Part shown: positions 45,357-48,276 of the stretch, piece after piece
Numbering within the stretch: position 1 is the stretch's first letter
Layout: each line of letters starts with the position of its first letter
Source of the DNA: Cyanophora paradoxa CCMP329
Taxonomy: Eukaryota; Plantae; Glaucophyta
Direction of reading: 5' to 3'
DNA length: 48,276 nt
Assembly (NCBI GenBank): GCA_004431415.1
Contig: QPMI01000359.1
Span: forward strand, 1-48,276
Made by a program: the position numbers and the translations under genes
Notes under the pieces: model-generated
The model's input: only the letters and a program-made list of their open reading frames with translations
The model's database searches: none
What the model was told of the DNA's origin: nothing

Positions 45357-45968
45357 AATATGTCTCATCAATGTGCAGCGTAACCTCTCCGAGGCTCTTC
45401 GATTACATGACCGCTGAAGCGCTTTCCGAAGTCCTGGAAGCATCTTTCTATAGCTCTCGAAAGCTTAATTTGTGCTGGCCGTGGCGGCGGTGTCACGGTG
45501 GCTTGGGACTCCCCCTTTTCCGCCCCTTCCCCCCTCCTCCCTTCGAATTCCCCTCTCAGGCCCTGGCTGCTGGCCGCTTAAGTTGTGCTGGCCGTGGCAT
45601 GGCGGGGTGCCACGGCGGCTCTCGGGCCCTGGCTGCTCGGGCCCTGGCTGCTGGCCGCTTCCCCCCCCCCCCCCCCCCCCTCTCCCCCTTCTGGCCATAG
45701 GCCCCCCCTCTCCGGATCCGGGCCTCGGGCCAGATCGATATCCCTCTAGATCTCGGAGCTCGCCGAGTCGAGCTCGATCCCCCTAGGCCTTTCCACAAAT
45801 ATTAATTCTTTATTCTCCTAATTCATATCCTCTAGCTGTAGCTATATAGCCATGGCCAGCTCCCCTAGCTATAGCTTGGCCTGTCGATCCGCTTTCTCTA
45901 GCTAAATCTCGCCAACGCCGTCTGCCATCGGCCACCAGCGCCCATCAATATCAGCTCAGTACCAATCC

Positions 45969-48276
45969 ATGAAGCTCGAAGGCGAAGCCGTCGACGTCGC
46001 GCCGAGCGGCGCAGCAGCCGGAGTGGACGAGCCGGTGTGCACTCCGCGCGACAGCTGGTGCGCGCCCGCGCCGTCGAGGATGCTGGAGGCGGAGCGCGCG
46101 AAAAACAGCGATCTCATCGCCCGCGGGCTGCGAAACAGGCGCCTGGAGATGCTCGATTGGACGTGCGCAAAAGACACCAGAGCGCACGGTCCGAGGTCGA
46201 CTTTTTGTGCTAATGTGCCCTCTTTCGCAGGTACGGCCTGCTGTGCGCGATCCCCCGCCGAGCTTCGGGCCATCGCACTCGCTCTTTCGAAAATTCGTGA
46301 ATCTGACTCGTCCTCGCGATCGTTTGAACTCGCGCGCGCAGCCTGCCGTATCTAGTTTTCAGGTACATCGTAGCTTCTTTTGAGCATTTCGCGGTGCCAC
46401 TTACGCCCGTGGTCGCGGCAGGTCGTCGCTCATCGCGTGCGTCACGCACGCTTTGATCGAAGTTTTGCGAAGCGAAATCAACCATCGAAATCCGGTTGCG
46501 AAGGAGCTCGTCCGTTGAATGATGCTCTTTCGCGTCTTTCGCGCGCAGATGGGAGCTCAAACTCGGCGCCTTGTTGGTCCTCGAATTCTATCTGCCCGGT
46601 CCGGCGTCCTTCTCGCTCCGCCTTTGAGTTGCAATTGTACATGTGATCCCCGATCTCACCGCTGGCCCCCCGCGCAGCCGCCGGGCTCGTCTGCCGCGCC
46701 ATCTCCTACACGTCCGTGCGCGGCGGCTGCGCGGTGCTCCCGACGGGGACGCAGCTCGCCACGCTCCACGTCCTCATGGCGATCCTCCTCACCTCCCCCC
46801 GCTCCTCGGGGCCCGTCGAGGACAGCCTGCACATGTGCCTCACCGCGTGGTCCGCGCGCGAGCTCGAGCCAGCCGCGCAGAGCTCCCTCGGCTTTCCCTC
46901 AGCATTTTCGCGCAGGATGGGTATGCTGGCGCGCCCGTGGAGGCGGCAGGGCGTGACCCTGGTCGCGACTTCGCTCCTCTTCTGCCTGGGCGCCTTCCTC
47001 ATGCACACCGGGGGCCACCTCGGCACGGACCGCGGCAGCTACCTCCAGGCGATCGAATTTTGAATTTGAATGAAACTTGAATTCGGATTCGGGAACTGAG
47101 ATGCAATGCGGGTCAGCTGCAGATCGGGGCGGCGTGCGGGGCGCACACGCTGGTCGCCCACGCGGTGGACCGCTGCCTCCGGAAGCTCGAGTGGGACGAG
47201 ACCGAGCGCTTCATCCTCTGGGTCCGAGAATAATTCGAATTCGAATTAAATTCGGATTCGAGCTCGCCGCGAGTTTCAGATTCGAGCGCAGGACCTGGCG
47301 CCCATCGGCTTCGTCACGCTCGACAAGGCCGGCCGGCGCGCTTCCCCTCCCCTATAAAATTGAACCGCGGCTGCAACTCGCGCGATCAAATGATTCACGC
47401 CGATGCCCCGCGGGCGGGCAGGGTGATCGGGGAGCCGAACCGCGTGGGGCGCGAGATCCTCGAGGCGGATCTCCGGGGGCGCCCCTGGCGCGGCGCCGCC
47501 CTGTGCGCCCGCGAGCGAGCCCGGCTAGAGCTGTGAAGCGTTCTGTACTGCCCGCCGGGCCGCGCTCTAACAACTAGACTGGCCTGCTGCCTCCCCGTGC
47601 AGGGCGGAGCTGCTGGCGCCGCCCTTCCGGGCGCCCTTCGCGGCGTCGCTGGCGGCGGCGATGAAGGCCGAGGACGAAGCGCACGGCAGCTTCACCATAG
47701 ACGCCAGGCCCGCCCCTCTAACTTGCTTTGCCTTTTGTACATTCGAGTTCCAACGCGGCGCGCAGGCTCGGGGAGGGGCGGGACTCGACGGGCGCCCCGG
47801 ACGCCCTGGACGGGCCCACGCTCGGCGGCTCGGGCCTGCTGGGCCCGGGGGGCTCCGGCTCCGGCTCCGGGGCGGGGGGGCGCGGGCGCTGGCTCACGCT
47901 CTCGGCCCGCGTCTTCGGCGGCGGGCAGGTGAGATGGGCAGGGGGCCTCGGGTCGTGAACGAAGGAAATTTATTTATTCTGTGAAGTCTCGAAGCGAAGC
48001 AGCGCCGTAGCCCTCCTCTTTCTCGCCCCCCGCGTTTTCGGCTCGTTTCTCACCTGGGCGGGGCCCGGCCAGACGAGCCCGTACGGGGCGGCGGCGATCG
48101 TCTCCCTCGCCGACGTCTCCGCCGAGCGGTCCGCCCCTCCCTCGAGCTCCCCCCCGCCTCTTGAATTTCGAAGCTCGCCCCTCCTTCCCCGCTCGGAATA
48201 TTATAAATCATGTTCGTATCCCCGCAGGGCGGCGAGCGCGGCGCTGGAGCGCCAGAACGAGGCCCTCGACCGCGCC
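45969..48276 (+). CDS. Multi-exon membrane protein with a PAS domain followed by a coiled coil; probable sensor histidine kinase, truncated by the window end
   Basis: Spliced hydrophobic segments (LGALLVLEFYL, LHVLMAILLT, VTLVATSLLFCLGAFLM), then DLAPIGFVTLDK..VIGEPNRVGREIL..ELLAPPFRAPFAASL..RWLTLSARVF..IVSLADVS (PAS/PAC pattern) and ALERQNEALDRA. The kinase domain is not in the window, so that part is inference. Confidence 0.6.

Noticed and set aside
45956-46560. Minus-strand ORFs opposite the PAS sensor 5' end
   Set aside because: Splice signals and protein-like exons are on the plus strand; these are shadow ORFs.

Overview
This is GC-rich, gene-dense eukaryotic nuclear DNA with many short (~50-140 nt) spliceosomal introns, so most entries in the six-frame ORF track are GC-content artefacts and the real genes only appear after manual splicing. 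The style (tiny C-rich introns, GTGCG/GTACC/GCGCG donors, TmcB-like and PAS sensor genes) suggests an algal or protist genome such as the glaucophyte Cyanophora; that is an inference I could not check. Genes in order: a head-to-head pair of lectin paralogues (F-type lectin plus ricin-B-like, and ricin-B-like only), an XRN-family 5'-3' exoribonuclease, a small orphan beta-strand protein, a CHY zinc-finger protein divergent from Rab24, a HemK/PrmC methyltransferase, GRWD1/RRB1, a ~9.07-kb tandem duplication of [DTW-domain tRNA acp3U transferase plus TmcB/TmcC-like membrane protein] ending in an internally deleted third DTW copy, and a membrane PAS sensor (probable histidine kinase) that runs off the window end. 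A 2.07-kb TA-flanked element with perfect 24-bp terminal inverted repeats carries a 5'-truncated, poly(A)-tailed retro-cargo. The most striking observation comes from aligning paralogous copies inside the window: they repeatedly differ by one stereotyped micro-insertion, in which a 3-mer X becomes X-revcomp(X)-X (+6 bp, or +5 bp when trimmed). I found 11 cases. This would explain the palindrome-saturated intergenic DNA and the (TGATCA)n arrays, and it points to a recurrent hairpin-type break or excision repair process. GC-AG introns are also very frequent. All exon boundaries were called by eye.
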